A stretch of 44,831 bases of DNA from a virus. Where the stretch lies: IMG/VR virus record IMGVR_UViG_3300036940_000089; one strand, 5' to 3'. The position numbers and the translations under genes were made by a program. This document shows, in pieces, positions 7,438 through 14,580 of this stretch (the first letter of the stretch is position 1; each line of letters opens with the position of its first letter). The notes beneath the pieces were generated by a model. It did not search any database. It was not told the origin of the DNA and saw nothing but the letters and a program-made list of their open reading frames with translations.

Positions 7438-7607
7438 CGTTCCACCTCCATGCATCCCTCTATCCGCAACTCGGGCCACGCCTGTTCCGCTTGCTGCTTT
7501 GCGTGAGTCGCAGACATGGCAAAGACCCGCAGTTTTATCCCTTCGCTCATTTCAACTGCATAAAGTTCCATGTCTTCACAATTGTTTGTTGTGAGTACGT
7601 CAATCAT
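7434..7607 (-). CDS. Small hypothetical protein (57 aa)
   Basis: MIDVLTTNNCEDMELYAVEMSEGIKLRVFAM... ATG 7607 overlaps the upstream stop (ATGA) and its TGA overlaps the ninB GTG (GTGA). Confidence 0.45.
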   Translation of the reverse strand: MIDVLTTNNCEDMELYAVEMSEGIKLRVFAMSATHAKQQAEQAWPELRIEGCMEVER

Positions 7608-7831
7608 TCCACACCCCCATATGGCATCACGCCTGCCGGTGTCTCTGCCTCGTCGCGCTCCGGCCCTTCGTTGTTAAGAATCGGCGCGAAGCAGCAGTTG
7701 GATATGTACTCAGGGTGCCGCACCTGCGTTCTAACCATCCTGCCACTCGGACCTTCCAGCATTTCCGTTCCTTCATCTGCCAGAATTTCGCAGTGCTCTT
7801 TGCAGTTGCTGCATATTCCAAAGCGTTTCAT
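7604..7831 (-). CDS. Hypothetical Cys-containing protein (75 aa)
   Basis: ATG 7831 follows AAAGGAGGTAGCC. The sequence begins MKRFGICSNCKEHCE... Confidence 0.55.
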   Translation of the reverse strand: MKRFGICSNCKEHCEILADEGTEMLEGPSGRMVRTQVRHPEYISNCCFAPILNNEGPERDEAETPAGVMPYGGVE

Positions 7832-7921
7832 GGCTACCTCCTTTAATTCCCCGCCCCCGACTGCCGAGGGCGGGGTGCCGCAGACCGAAACAGTTTCCTG
7901 CAGAACAGAAAAAATCTGCGG

Positions 7922-8863
7922 CTAGTAAACGATCTTCACGTTATCAATCAGCCCTTTGGCTACGAGCGTGACAATCTGCTTTGCCTGTTCCTTGCCGATG
8001 CCGTTAGCCACGAAAGCCGCCAACACTGCGTTGTTGATTTTCTTCTTGTGCTCAATGTCGGCTTGCCGCGCTTCCTCTTCGGCTTTGCGCTTGGCTTCGG
8101 CTTCCAACCGTTCCCGCTCAATGCGCTCGGCCTCTTCCTTGGCTTTGCGTTCCGCTTCCTTAACGGCCATTTCCCGCTCCACCTTGGCGCGTTCTTCGGC
8201 GGCGACACGATCACGATCTGCCTTCTCTGCCGCTTCCCTGGCTTCGCGTTCCTTGCGTTCCGCTTCAAGGATTTTGGCTTGCGCTTCTTCCTCAGCTTTC
8301 TTACGGGCCGCTCCTTCGGCTTCGCGCCTCAACTGAGCTTCGCGCTCGATGCGTTCCCGTTCCAGCCGTTCAGCCTCTTCTTTCTGCCGCCGTTCTTCTT
8401 CCTGACGGGCAAGTTCAGCTTCCTTCGCTTCGATTTCCTTTTGCCGCAGGTAAAGCGCGTGTTCGGCAAGGGCCGCTTCGTGGGCCTCTTCAATTTCCTT
8501 GGCGAGTTTTTCAGCGGCTTCCCGTGCGGCCTCTGCTTCTTCCCACTCGGTCAACGGCTGGCGTACTTCATCGCGAAGAGCGTCAAGGTGATCTCTGGCT
8601 TTCTTGCGCTCAGAATCAACCTTTTTGACTTTCGCCTTCATGTCTGCAACAAGTTCTTTCCCCAACTTGTCAAGTACCACCTTGGATTGACTGACCTTGT
8701 ACGCCATGGATGCAATCTGTTTGCGCCCCTTGGCATGCTCGACGGTAGGCGTAAAGCCTTTTGCCTTCGCTTCGATTTCGGCAAGCAGCGGGTCAAGGCT
8801 GTTGCCGGTAAATACGTCCATGACGTTTAGTTGTTCGACTACGACCAGTTCAGTGTTTTCCAT
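7922..8863 (-). CDS. DUF1351-like recombination-module protein with a long E/R/A/K coiled-coil insert
   Basis: Sits immediately downstream of the annealase gene, as DUF1351 genes usually do. About 190 residues are almost pure E/A/R/K heptad-like sequence (EAERLERERIEREAQLRREAEG...). ATG follows AAGGAGGAAAGAGG. The family call is by position and composition only. Confidence 0.5.
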   Translation of the reverse strand: MENTELVVVEQLNVMDVFTGNSLDPLLAEIEAKAKGFTPTVEHAKGRKQIASMAYKVSQSKVVLDKLGKELVADMKAKVKKVDSERKKARDHLDALRDEVRQPLTEWEEAEAAREAAEKLAKEIEEAHEAALAEHALYLRQKEIEAKEAELARQEEERRQKEEAERLERERIEREAQLRREAEGAARKKAEEEAQAKILEAERKEREAREAAEKADRDRVAAEERAKVEREMAVKEAERKAKEEAERIERERLEAEAKRKAEEEARQADIEHKKKINNAVLAAFVANGIGKEQAKQIVTLVAKGLIDNVKIVY

Positions 8864-8922
8864 CCTCTTTCCTCCTTATTCGTTAACGACCTCGCCGCCG
8901 AGTTCCACGCGACGGGCCGCTG

Positions 8923-9591
8923 TTATGCTGCGTGTCTCTTGGCTTCCAACGCATTAACCGCCTTGCTGTAATTCTGAGAAGGGATGTCGGCCAGAGTTTT
9001 TACGTCAAGCCACTCGCAAAACCTCTCTTTGTCGGCTCCTGTTTCGGCTATCAGGGCTTCTATGTCGGCAAGCTGGTTGCGGGTAATAAACCCGTTTGGC
9101 CTCGACCCTTTCGGCAGCGCCCATGCTGGAAGTTGCGGCGGATCCCACTTCATTGCGTCAAGGTTTTTCTTCTGATCGCGCCCTGCGTAATTCTTGCCAC
9201 CCGCGTGGATATTCGCCCACCCGCTTTCAAGGTTGTACAGATATCGCCCTACGCCCCATTGCACAGCCGCCCGTTTCATCGCACCGGATATCCCGCCCTT
9301 GGTGGACTCAATTTGGCTTTCCTGCGCCCCGTCCCACTTGGTGATCCACTCGTTATCGATCCGCAGGGACAGGCCACACAGAAATGCGCTGTCGATGTGG
9401 CAAAATTCGTTCTTCCAGTTCTCCGGCCCCATGACTTCATCAAGCCGCTGCATAATGGCGCGGTTGGTGACGTAGGCTAAGACCTTCGCCCACTGTCTGT
9501 TGTTCTTTTGCCCGCGTTCCGCAATGCGCCATTCGATGTCTTCCGCAGGGAAAGGAGCCGCTAGAGCTTCCCAAATCTCCTTTTTATTCAT
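8923..9591 (-). CDS. Rad52/Sak-family single-strand annealing protein
   Basis: FPAEDIEWR...AYVTNRAIMQRLDEVMGPENW...STKGGISGAMKRAAVQWGVGRYLY is the Rad52/22 (phage Sak) signature. Start set at ATG 9591 (MNKKEIWEAL). Confidence 0.8.
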   Translation of the reverse strand: MNKKEIWEALAAPFPAEDIEWRIAERGQKNNRQWAKVLAYVTNRAIMQRLDEVMGPENWKNEFCHIDSAFLCGLSLRIDNEWITKWDGAQESQIESTKGGISGAMKRAAVQWGVGRYLYNLESGWANIHAGGKNYAGRDQKKNLDAMKWDPPQLPAWALPKGSRPNGFITRNQLADIEALIAETGADKERFCEWLDVKTLADIPSQNYSKAVNALEAKRHAA

Positions 9592-9907
9592 TTCCTCTCT
9601 CCCATCCCCAGAGCGCACCGGCTGCCGGTTCCTCCCGGCACGCACGGCACGTCAGGTTTAACCCATGCTCCGATTGATAGCCCTGACCGCAGGTAGGACA
9701 TACGCTGGTGTATTCGCGATAAACCGGCTCCGGCAGTTCTGGTTCAAACGGTTCGCAGACCTCGTGAGGGCAAACGCGGCAGTCCCCGTCGCACTCTTCG
9801 GATTCCGGGGCCTCGCAGTTGCGCTTACGCTCTGCCGCCATTCTCTGTGCGTATGAGATTTTGGCTATGTGGATTTCTCTCCAAAATTGTTTTTCTACCG
9901 CGTTCAT
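9584..9907 (-). CDS. Hypothetical Cys-rich protein (107 aa)
   Basis: ATG 9907 follows GGAGGCAACC. Contains CDGDCRVCPHEVC and CPTCG...CRAC clusters. Confidence 0.55.
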   Translation of the reverse strand: MNAVEKQFWREIHIAKISYAQRMAAERKRNCEAPESEECDGDCRVCPHEVCEPFEPELPEPVYREYTSVCPTCGQGYQSEHGLNLTCRACREEPAAGALWGWERGNE

Positions 9908-9916
9908 GGTTGCCTC

Positions 9917-10180
9917 CTATTTGCTGACTGCTTTCTCAAGACTCTCAACCCGCAACTTGAGACGGCTTAGTTCTTGTGCGCGTTCTTCCGGCAACCTTTC
10001 TTCAAGTTCCGCGATAGCATACTCAAAGGACTTATGCCCGACTGAATAAACCCCGTCTGCCGAGACTGAATACATGCTTGTGATGCTACCGTCAGACCGC
10101 GTGAAGAAAGATTCTTCCGCCCCGCAGTTTTTCGTCAGGCTCAACTCCATAACCTTTTCTATGGCTTGTCTGGTTTCCAT
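9917..10180 (-). CDS. Hypothetical protein (87 aa)
   Basis: METRQAIEKVMELS... ATG 10180 follows GGAGGAGACA. The longer track ORF (10237) lacks an SD. Confidence 0.55.
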   Translation of the reverse strand: METRQAIEKVMELSLTKNCGAEESFFTRSDGSITSMYSVSADGVYSVGHKSFEYAIAELEERLPEERAQELSRLKLRVESLEKAVSK

Positions 10181-10316
10181 TGTCTCCTCCGATTCTCGCT
10201 GCCTCGTCCGGAAAGTAGCTGGCAAGGCAGCGGTCACATATTCCGTGGGTTTCTCCCTCCTGATTGTCGTCAGTAAACCCCATTACCGTTTTGCACCATG
10301 CACATCGGCGCGTCAT
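10092..10316 (-). CDS. Small zinc-ribbon-like protein (74 aa)
   Basis: MTRRCAWCKTVMGF...GICDRCLASYF. The ATG is coupled by ATGA to the upstream peptide. The C-terminal tail overlaps the next gene by 89 nt, so the real end is uncertain. Confidence 0.4.
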   Translation of the reverse strand: MTRRCAWCKTVMGFTDDNQEGETHGICDRCLASYFPDEAARIGGDNGNQTSHRKGYGVEPDEKLRGGRIFLHAV

Positions 10317-10453
10317 CGGCGCGACTCCATCTGCTGTGCGTGTTGCGCCTCCATCTGAGCAATCCTGTCTTCTTTTTCCATGCATTCGTACAGGCTCCAT
10401 ATGCCTACTGCGTACAAAAAGATGATGCCGAGTATTGCTGGCCATGTTTTCAT
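10313..10453 (-). CDS. Small membrane peptide (46 aa)
   Basis: MKTWPAILGIIFLYAVGIWSLYECMEKEDRIAQMEAQHAQQMESRR. ATG follows GGAGGAAAGC. ATGA overlaps at both ends. Confidence 0.45.
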   Translation of the reverse strand: MKTWPAILGIIFLYAVGIWSLYECMEKEDRIAQMEAQHAQQMESRR

Positions 10454-10614
10454 GCTTTCCTCCGCATTAGTCGTTTTGCTTCGTCAATTCTCCCGGCGTC
10501 AAACAGCCGCTTTATTTCATGTACCCTGTCACCTGGGTGGAAAACTGCCGCTGATATCCGGTCAACTTTTGCCTTGAGTTCCGCAACGGTTTTTTCAAGC
10601 TGTGCCAAATCCAT
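10450..10614 (-). CDS. Small hypothetical protein (54 aa)
   Basis: MDLAQLEKTVAELKAKVDRISAAVFHPGDRVHEIKRLFDAGRIDEAKRLMRRKA; its stop overlaps the next ATG. Confidence 0.4.
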   Translation of the reverse strand: MDLAQLEKTVAELKAKVDRISAAVFHPGDRVHEIKRLFDAGRIDEAKRLMRRKA

Positions 10615-10641
10615 TGCTAAAATCCTTCTCGGTGATATCGT

Positions 10642-10803
10642 TTAACTAGCAAGCCGCCTCTTTTCTGCGGCGATAGCTCGTTTTAACAGTCTGTCGGTAA
10701 GGTCGCACAACCTCGTGTTGTGCCCCTTGCGCTGATGCTCCAATTGCAACTCTTTAAGATCGAGCCACGAGTCGGAGCTAACATTGATAGGCTTCCGTTT
10801 CAT
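10642..10803 (-). CDS. First early gene, Cro-like small DNA-binding protein (possible ribbon-helix-helix), 53 aa
   Basis: MKRKPINVSSDSWLDLKELQLEHQRKG... ATG 10803 follows AAAGGAGCAACATC. It is the first ORF downstream of the leftward promoter and is divergent from the repressor gene. The fold assignment is inferential. Confidence 0.5.
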   Translation of the reverse strand: MKRKPINVSSDSWLDLKELQLEHQRKGHNTRLCDLTDRLLKRAIAAEKRRLAS

Positions 10804-10939
10804 GATGTTGCTCCTTTGTTGTTGGTAAATAATTTCCCCGTGTCCGCCACTTAGCCCAAACAGTTTACGAGCGTGCAATAGGCGGGGATAGCGAGGTATT
10901 CGATTTTAAAAGAGCGAAATTTGTTCCCTGTTGAGTTCC

Positions 10940-10967
10940 AGTATAGTTAAAATATTTACCGAGTCAA
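10940..10967 (-). promoter_or_regulatory. Leftward early promoter, TTGACT-16 nt-TATACT
   Basis: The minus-strand sense reads ctgTTGACTcggtaaatattttaacTATACTgg. It is the only strong sigma70-like match in the AT-rich divergent region. Confidence 0.65.
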
Positions 10968-11049
10968 CAGAAAAATAGAGAAAATTTTTAGCTGTTTGCT
11001 CCTGCGAGAAAAATGTCAATGATTACAAAATGTTGCGACATTAAAAAAA

Positions 11050-11078
11050 TTGACATTAATCATTCGACAAGGTAAAAA
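11050..11078 (+). promoter_or_regulatory. Repressor promoter, TTGACA-17 nt-TAAAAA, giving a leaderless or near-leaderless mRNA
   Basis: TTGACA at 11050-11055 and TAAAAA at 11073-11078. The repressor ATG at 11085 has no SD and sits about 7 nt after the -10. Confidence 0.55.
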
Positions 11079-11084
11079 ATAACT

Positions 11085-11468
11085 ATGGAAAAAATCATTG
11101 GGAAAAGAATACTTGAGGTGAGGAAGAGAATTTCCGACCTCAATCAATCGGATTTAGGCGCTCTCTTTGGCGTGAAAAACGTCGCCGTCTCACAATGGGA
11201 GAACGGCGAAACGATGCCAAGCGTTGAGGTGTTAGAAAAGGTCGCCGACATGGCTGGCGAGTCGCTGGACTGGCTTTTCGGGAGAGAGGACAAAACCATT
11301 TCAAACGAAGAGCGCAGGCTTTTGAGGTTTTTCCGAGGAACAAGCGAAGAAGGACAAGAAATAGTGCTGGAGACCGTAGAGGAAGGTGTTAAAGGGGTCG
11401 TCTGCCATCTAAGACAAAAAAGCAAGCCGCCCTCACGCAATGGTCAGAGCGGCTCCGTGAGATATTAG
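11085..11468 (+). CDS. XRE/Cro-CI-type HTH transcriptional repressor (127 aa, no S24 peptidase domain)
   Basis: LNQSDLGALFGVKNVAVSQWENGETMPSVEVLEKVADMAGESLDWLF is a canonical HTH_3 domain. It is one of only four plus-strand genes. Confidence 0.85.
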   Translation: MEKIIGKRILEVRKRISDLNQSDLGALFGVKNVAVSQWENGETMPSVEVLEKVADMAGESLDWLFGREDKTISNEERRLLRFFRGTSEEGQEIVLETVEEGVKGVVCHLRQKSKPPSRNGQSGSVRY

Positions 11469-11559
11469 GTTGGCGGAGTCAGAGTCCTAGCGTCAAACTC
11501 ATTTCCGTTGTTGTCACGGATAGTTACAACTCTTTTGCTTAACTGGTATGGTTAACCGG

Positions 11560-11865
11560 CTAAGAAAGCAAGTTGTCTACCATGGCATAGACGGCCTCTC
11601 GGAATGCCTGATAATCCAGCCATTCCTGCGAGGTACGATCGAGTGCGAGTTTTCCGAGTTGAGATGAATAATCGTGACGCTCCGTGATCAGGGCGTCAAT
11701 CAATGTCCCTCTGTTTATATCCGGCACATTGACATAATCGTATTCATATCCCTGCACAGTTTCGCCATCGACAACCTTCTCCGTTTGCTCAATGTTGTAG
11801 CGGAACTGATAGCCGCCGTTGTGCGGCACGATTGCGTCAGGTTGCTGTGTACTGCTGCCTTTCAT
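11560..11865 (-). CDS. Hypothetical protein, last gene of the late strand (101 aa)
   Basis: MKGSSTQQPDAIVPHNGGYQFRYNIEQ... ATG 11865 follows GAGGAGTTAATT. The track start 12003 lies in repeat-bearing spacer. Confidence 0.55.
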   Translation of the reverse strand: MKGSSTQQPDAIVPHNGGYQFRYNIEQTEKVVDGETVQGYEYDYVNVPDINRGTLIDALITERHDYSSQLGKLALDRTSQEWLDYQAFREAVYAMVDNLLS

Positions 11866-11931
11866 AATTAACTCCTCTGGGGGTATTTTTTGATGCCAGA
11901 AAGACGCGGAGACCTGCTGCGTTGACATCCT

Positions 11932-11956
11932 CCCCGCCGTGAACGACGGGGTTTTA
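11932..11956 (+). terminator. Plus-sense hairpin CCCCGCCG-tgaa-CGACGGGG followed by TTTTA
   Basis: Read directly. It could stop repressor-strand read-through before it runs antisense into the fibre gene. One mismatch in the stem. Confidence 0.4.
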
Positions 11957-12090
11957 CGGAACAAAGGATAAAAAAATACATCCAAAAACAGGAACGACCA
12001 CAAACCTAAACCGCGCTATCCATCCCCACCCAAACTTTGAGGTTCTGGATGGGGAATTCCGCGCATTTCGTTAAAATTTGTGCGGACGCA

Positions 12091-13356
12091 TTACGCTTTC
12101 TTAAAGCAGAGCCGCCCGCCGATACCCGCATTCGCACCCGAAGCCGCGTTAGCCGCACCCCAAGAGAACGGACCCGCACTCGCGCCGCTAGCCGCGCTAC
12201 CGCCCACCCGAAAGACGCGGAGACCCGCCGCTTGGTAGAAATAGTCCGTCATTTTGGTGCTCGAACTGCCAGTTACATCGGCAGGGAGGACAAGCCCAAG
12301 CCCGCTATGAGGTACACCAGCATACCCATTGGTGTCGGGAAGCGTAATACCATCGCCCAAAGCGTCTACGAGGGGTGTCCATCCCATCACAGAACTATAA
12401 TCGAATGGCGGCTGCAGTTTGTAATAGACATCAAGATCACTGATAAGAGAAACCACACGATCCCAGATGTTGCCGTAGGTGTTCTCGATCCCCAGCACCT
12501 GGGCATAGTCGGTAAGATAGCCGTCCGTGCCACCGGCTTGCACAGCACTGTGATAACCGCCTGCTGCATCACCAAGTCCACAACGCCCGATATAGCTATC
12601 GTTGAGCCAATCACCACCAGATAAGGTAGTACGCCCGTTGCCGACCATGCTCTGGAAATTCCATCCTGCAAACCCCACAAGCATCAAGAGGCGTTCCCAA
12701 TGCCGCAGCATAAAGTCGGCTTGCTGCCAGCCAGATCCCCGAGCTTCAGCTAGCGTGTCCGTTGCCTCCGTGGTCAGGCTGGCATGCCCCCAATCGCCTG
12801 TGCGGGTTGTGACGGGCCACACCGGGCTTGTCCCGTCTGCCGGGTCTTTAGCAATGGAGCAGAGCTTGCTGTTATAAACGCTACCCTCGTAAGCCCCGAG
12901 ATAGACTGCGCTGAGGTCGGTAAACACCGGGTGTAAGGCAAACCCGTCGAGCGGCAGGTGACTGAGCAGGATGTAATACCAATCACCCCAGATGCCGGTT
13001 TTGACGTAGGCCGGTAGATACTCCATCATGATCTGACCATTACCGCCGGTAAGATCAACGTCTGTACCATCCTCATGTTTGGTAAAGTCCGCCCAACTAA
13101 TGCCTTTATAGACCGTTCCGTCATCGGCAAGGACAACGCGCCTTAGCTGCTGAAAGATCGGCGATATGTAGGTGCCCGGGAAGCTACCCACGGCAAGGCC
13201 CTGCGCTGAACCGAGGCGTTGCCAAGTATCGGTGGTGATGTTGTAGGCGGCCCCGACATAGTTTGATTGGGTCGCCCCTCCAATATCGCCGGTCATTGCC
13301 AGCATATTGGTGACAGCATCGTTAAGCTGGTCAAACGTATAACTTAAAGTACCCAT
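12091..13356 (-). CDS. Putative receptor-binding / distal tail fibre protein (421 aa)
   Basis: Lies at the distal end of the late strand, is preceded by coupled small ORFs, and has a Gly/Ala/Ser-rich C-terminus (FRVGGSAASGASAGPFSWGAANAASGANAGIGGRLCF). Function inferred from position and composition only. Confidence 0.45.
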   Translation of the reverse strand: MGTLSYTFDQLNDAVTNMLAMTGDIGGATQSNYVGAAYNITTDTWQRLGSAQGLAVGSFPGTYISPIFQQLRRVVLADDGTVYKGISWADFTKHEDGTDVDLTGGNGQIMMEYLPAYVKTGIWGDWYYILLSHLPLDGFALHPVFTDLSAVYLGAYEGSVYNSKLCSIAKDPADGTSPVWPVTTRTGDWGHASLTTEATDTLAEARGSGWQQADFMLRHWERLLMLVGFAGWNFQSMVGNGRTTLSGGDWLNDSYIGRCGLGDAAGGYHSAVQAGGTDGYLTDYAQVLGIENTYGNIWDRVVSLISDLDVYYKLQPPFDYSSVMGWTPLVDALGDGITLPDTNGYAGVPHSGLGLVLPADVTGSSSTKMTDYFYQAAGLRVFRVGGSAASGASAGPFSWGAANAASGANAGIGGRLCFKKA

Positions 13357-13499
13357 TATGCTTCCCTTTTTGTGTAGACAGGTTCGCCGTTTCCGTCAAA
13401 AACGGGTTCTTGTTTCCCTGTTGTGTTGTTGAGAGCGTAGAGCCTCGTTCTGCGGCGGTTGCCACTACCACCGATGCCTAAGCCAAGACCAAGTTTCAT
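13356..13499 (-). CDS. Small hypothetical protein (47 aa)
   Basis: MKLGLGLGIGGSGNRRRTRLYALNNTTGKQEPVFDGNGEPVYTKREA. ATG follows AAAGGAGGGCGAA. ATGA and TAATG overlaps with its neighbours. Confidence 0.45.
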   Translation of the reverse strand: MKLGLGLGIGGSGNRRRTRLYALNNTTGKQEPVFDGNGEPVYTKREA

Positions 13500-13915
13500 T
13501 TCGCCCTCCTTTTATCCACCGTCCGCGCCGCCGAATAACCGACATAGCCGACACCAAACAGCGTATAGAGCGTGTCAGGGATAGCTTGCAGCCACGCTTT
13601 AAACCCTTCCGCGACACCTACCGCTATCGCCGGATAAAACGCGTGCAAAACGCCCATTGGGATACCGGCAAGAATGCAGACATAAATAACGTACATAAAT
13701 GACGGGCGGGCGCGGGAAGTCCACGGGTCTTTGCTGTTGGCCTCCGCGAGAATAGCGGACATGCGCGTTTCCAGTTCTTTCAACTCGCCGTTTTGCTGCA
13801 TCTTTACAAGTTCCGCCTTGGCCTTCATTTTTTCCACAGGGTCAGGTATAAACTTGTCGATCAGCTTACCGCCGATATCTAAAACGCCATCGATAATCGG
13901 TATCATTGGTATCAT
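13496..13915 (-). CDS. GTA-type three-TM holin family protein (DUF3154/PF11351-like)
   Basis: IDKFIPDPVEKMKAKAELVKMQQNGELKELE...AEANSKDPWTSRARPSFMYVIY followed by hydrophobic segments matches that family. ATG 13915 follows ACGGAGGAC and overlaps the upstream stop. Confidence 0.65.
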   Translation of the reverse strand: MIPMIPIIDGVLDIGGKLIDKFIPDPVEKMKAKAELVKMQQNGELKELETRMSAILAEANSKDPWTSRARPSFMYVIYVCILAGIPMGVLHAFYPAIAVGVAEGFKAWLQAIPDTLYTLFGVGYVGYSAARTVDKRRAK

Positions 13916-14427
13916 TTGTCCGCTGTCCTCCGTAGTGTCGCCGATGGGTGCAGATAGACCGCGCCTTCCTCGTCCGGGAATTCGGCCCACTGGCACCGCC
14001 CACTGTCGCTGTCAATGTTGTAAGGCTTGCTGCCGATATAAAACCCTGCGCCGTTGGAGCCCTTGAAACTGATAAACAGCCCCGGCAGCGGAACGAGACA
14101 GCGAAACACGTTGGCGTCCGGGTTGCTCCAGTCGTGCGCCCAAGGCTTTCCGGTCCAGACATACCGCCCAAACGACAAAGCCACGGTTAATCCCCAGGGG
14201 TAGGCAAACAGCCGCTCTTTGCCGCGTTTCTCGTCGTCGTCCGGCCACGGCTCAAACCGGAGCGCAACAATCCACGCCCTGTGCATGGGGTTGAGTTTTG
14301 CAGCCATCTTGACGGTCCACTGCCACGCAAGCAGGGGATAGGAGACGCAAGCGGCAAGAACACGCATGCACCACGTTTTAGTGTCTGCGTACCAACCGGC
14401 GAATAAGTTGTGTAATTTCGTCAGCAT
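13912..14427 (-). CDS. Hypothetical Trp-rich protein (171 aa)
   Basis: Clean ORF with ATG 14427, coupled to the holin-family gene downstream. No motif recognised. Confidence 0.55.
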   Translation of the reverse strand: MLTKLHNLFAGWYADTKTWCMRVLAACVSYPLLAWQWTVKMAAKLNPMHRAWIVALRFEPWPDDDEKRGKERLFAYPWGLTVALSFGRYVWTGKPWAHDWSNPDANVFRCLVPLPGLFISFKGSNGAGFYIGSKPYNIDSDSGRCQWAEFPDEEGAVYLHPSATLRRTADK

Positions 14428-14580
14428 ATTTTTACCTTTTCGTTGATTGCTAATCTACGGACCCGCTCTTGGTGCGCGTAACCTTTTGTTATGCCTAGGA
14501 AAGTTTGCTTGACTGTTGTTTGATACATTGTTGGCAGTGCGGCGTGTAGGCTTTGCCGCAACGCTTGCAATCAGCCCAAG

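Noticed and set aside
7849-7875. Hairpin CCCCGCCC-N11-GGGCGGGG after the 7922-8863 gene as a terminator
   Set aside because: No U-run follows it in the transcribed (minus) sense; the next bases are AATTAAAGGAGG, the SD of the following gene. It is more likely a stabilising or processing hairpin.
7956-8830. Long plus-strand and alternate-frame ORFs (for example 8048-8830 of 260 aa, 7956-8336, 7960-8268)
   Set aside because: They are frame shadows of the repetitive GAA/GCG/CGC codon run in the E/R/A/K coiled-coil gene. Their products are Phe/Leu/Gly or Ser/Ala/Arg low-complexity strings without SDs.
11866-12260. Diversity-generating retroelement (DGR). The structural module looks BPP-1-like, the distal fibre has a Gly/Ala/Ser/Asn-rich C-terminus, and a partial repeat lies in the downstream spacer.
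   Set aside because: No reverse transcriptase (YxDD) or Avd-like gene exists anywhere in the closed genome. The repeat is only about 22 nt, not a full-length TR/VR pair. The A-rich strand of the spacer is antisense to the fibre gene. Codons in the putative variable region are not the NNC type expected from AAC mutagenesis.
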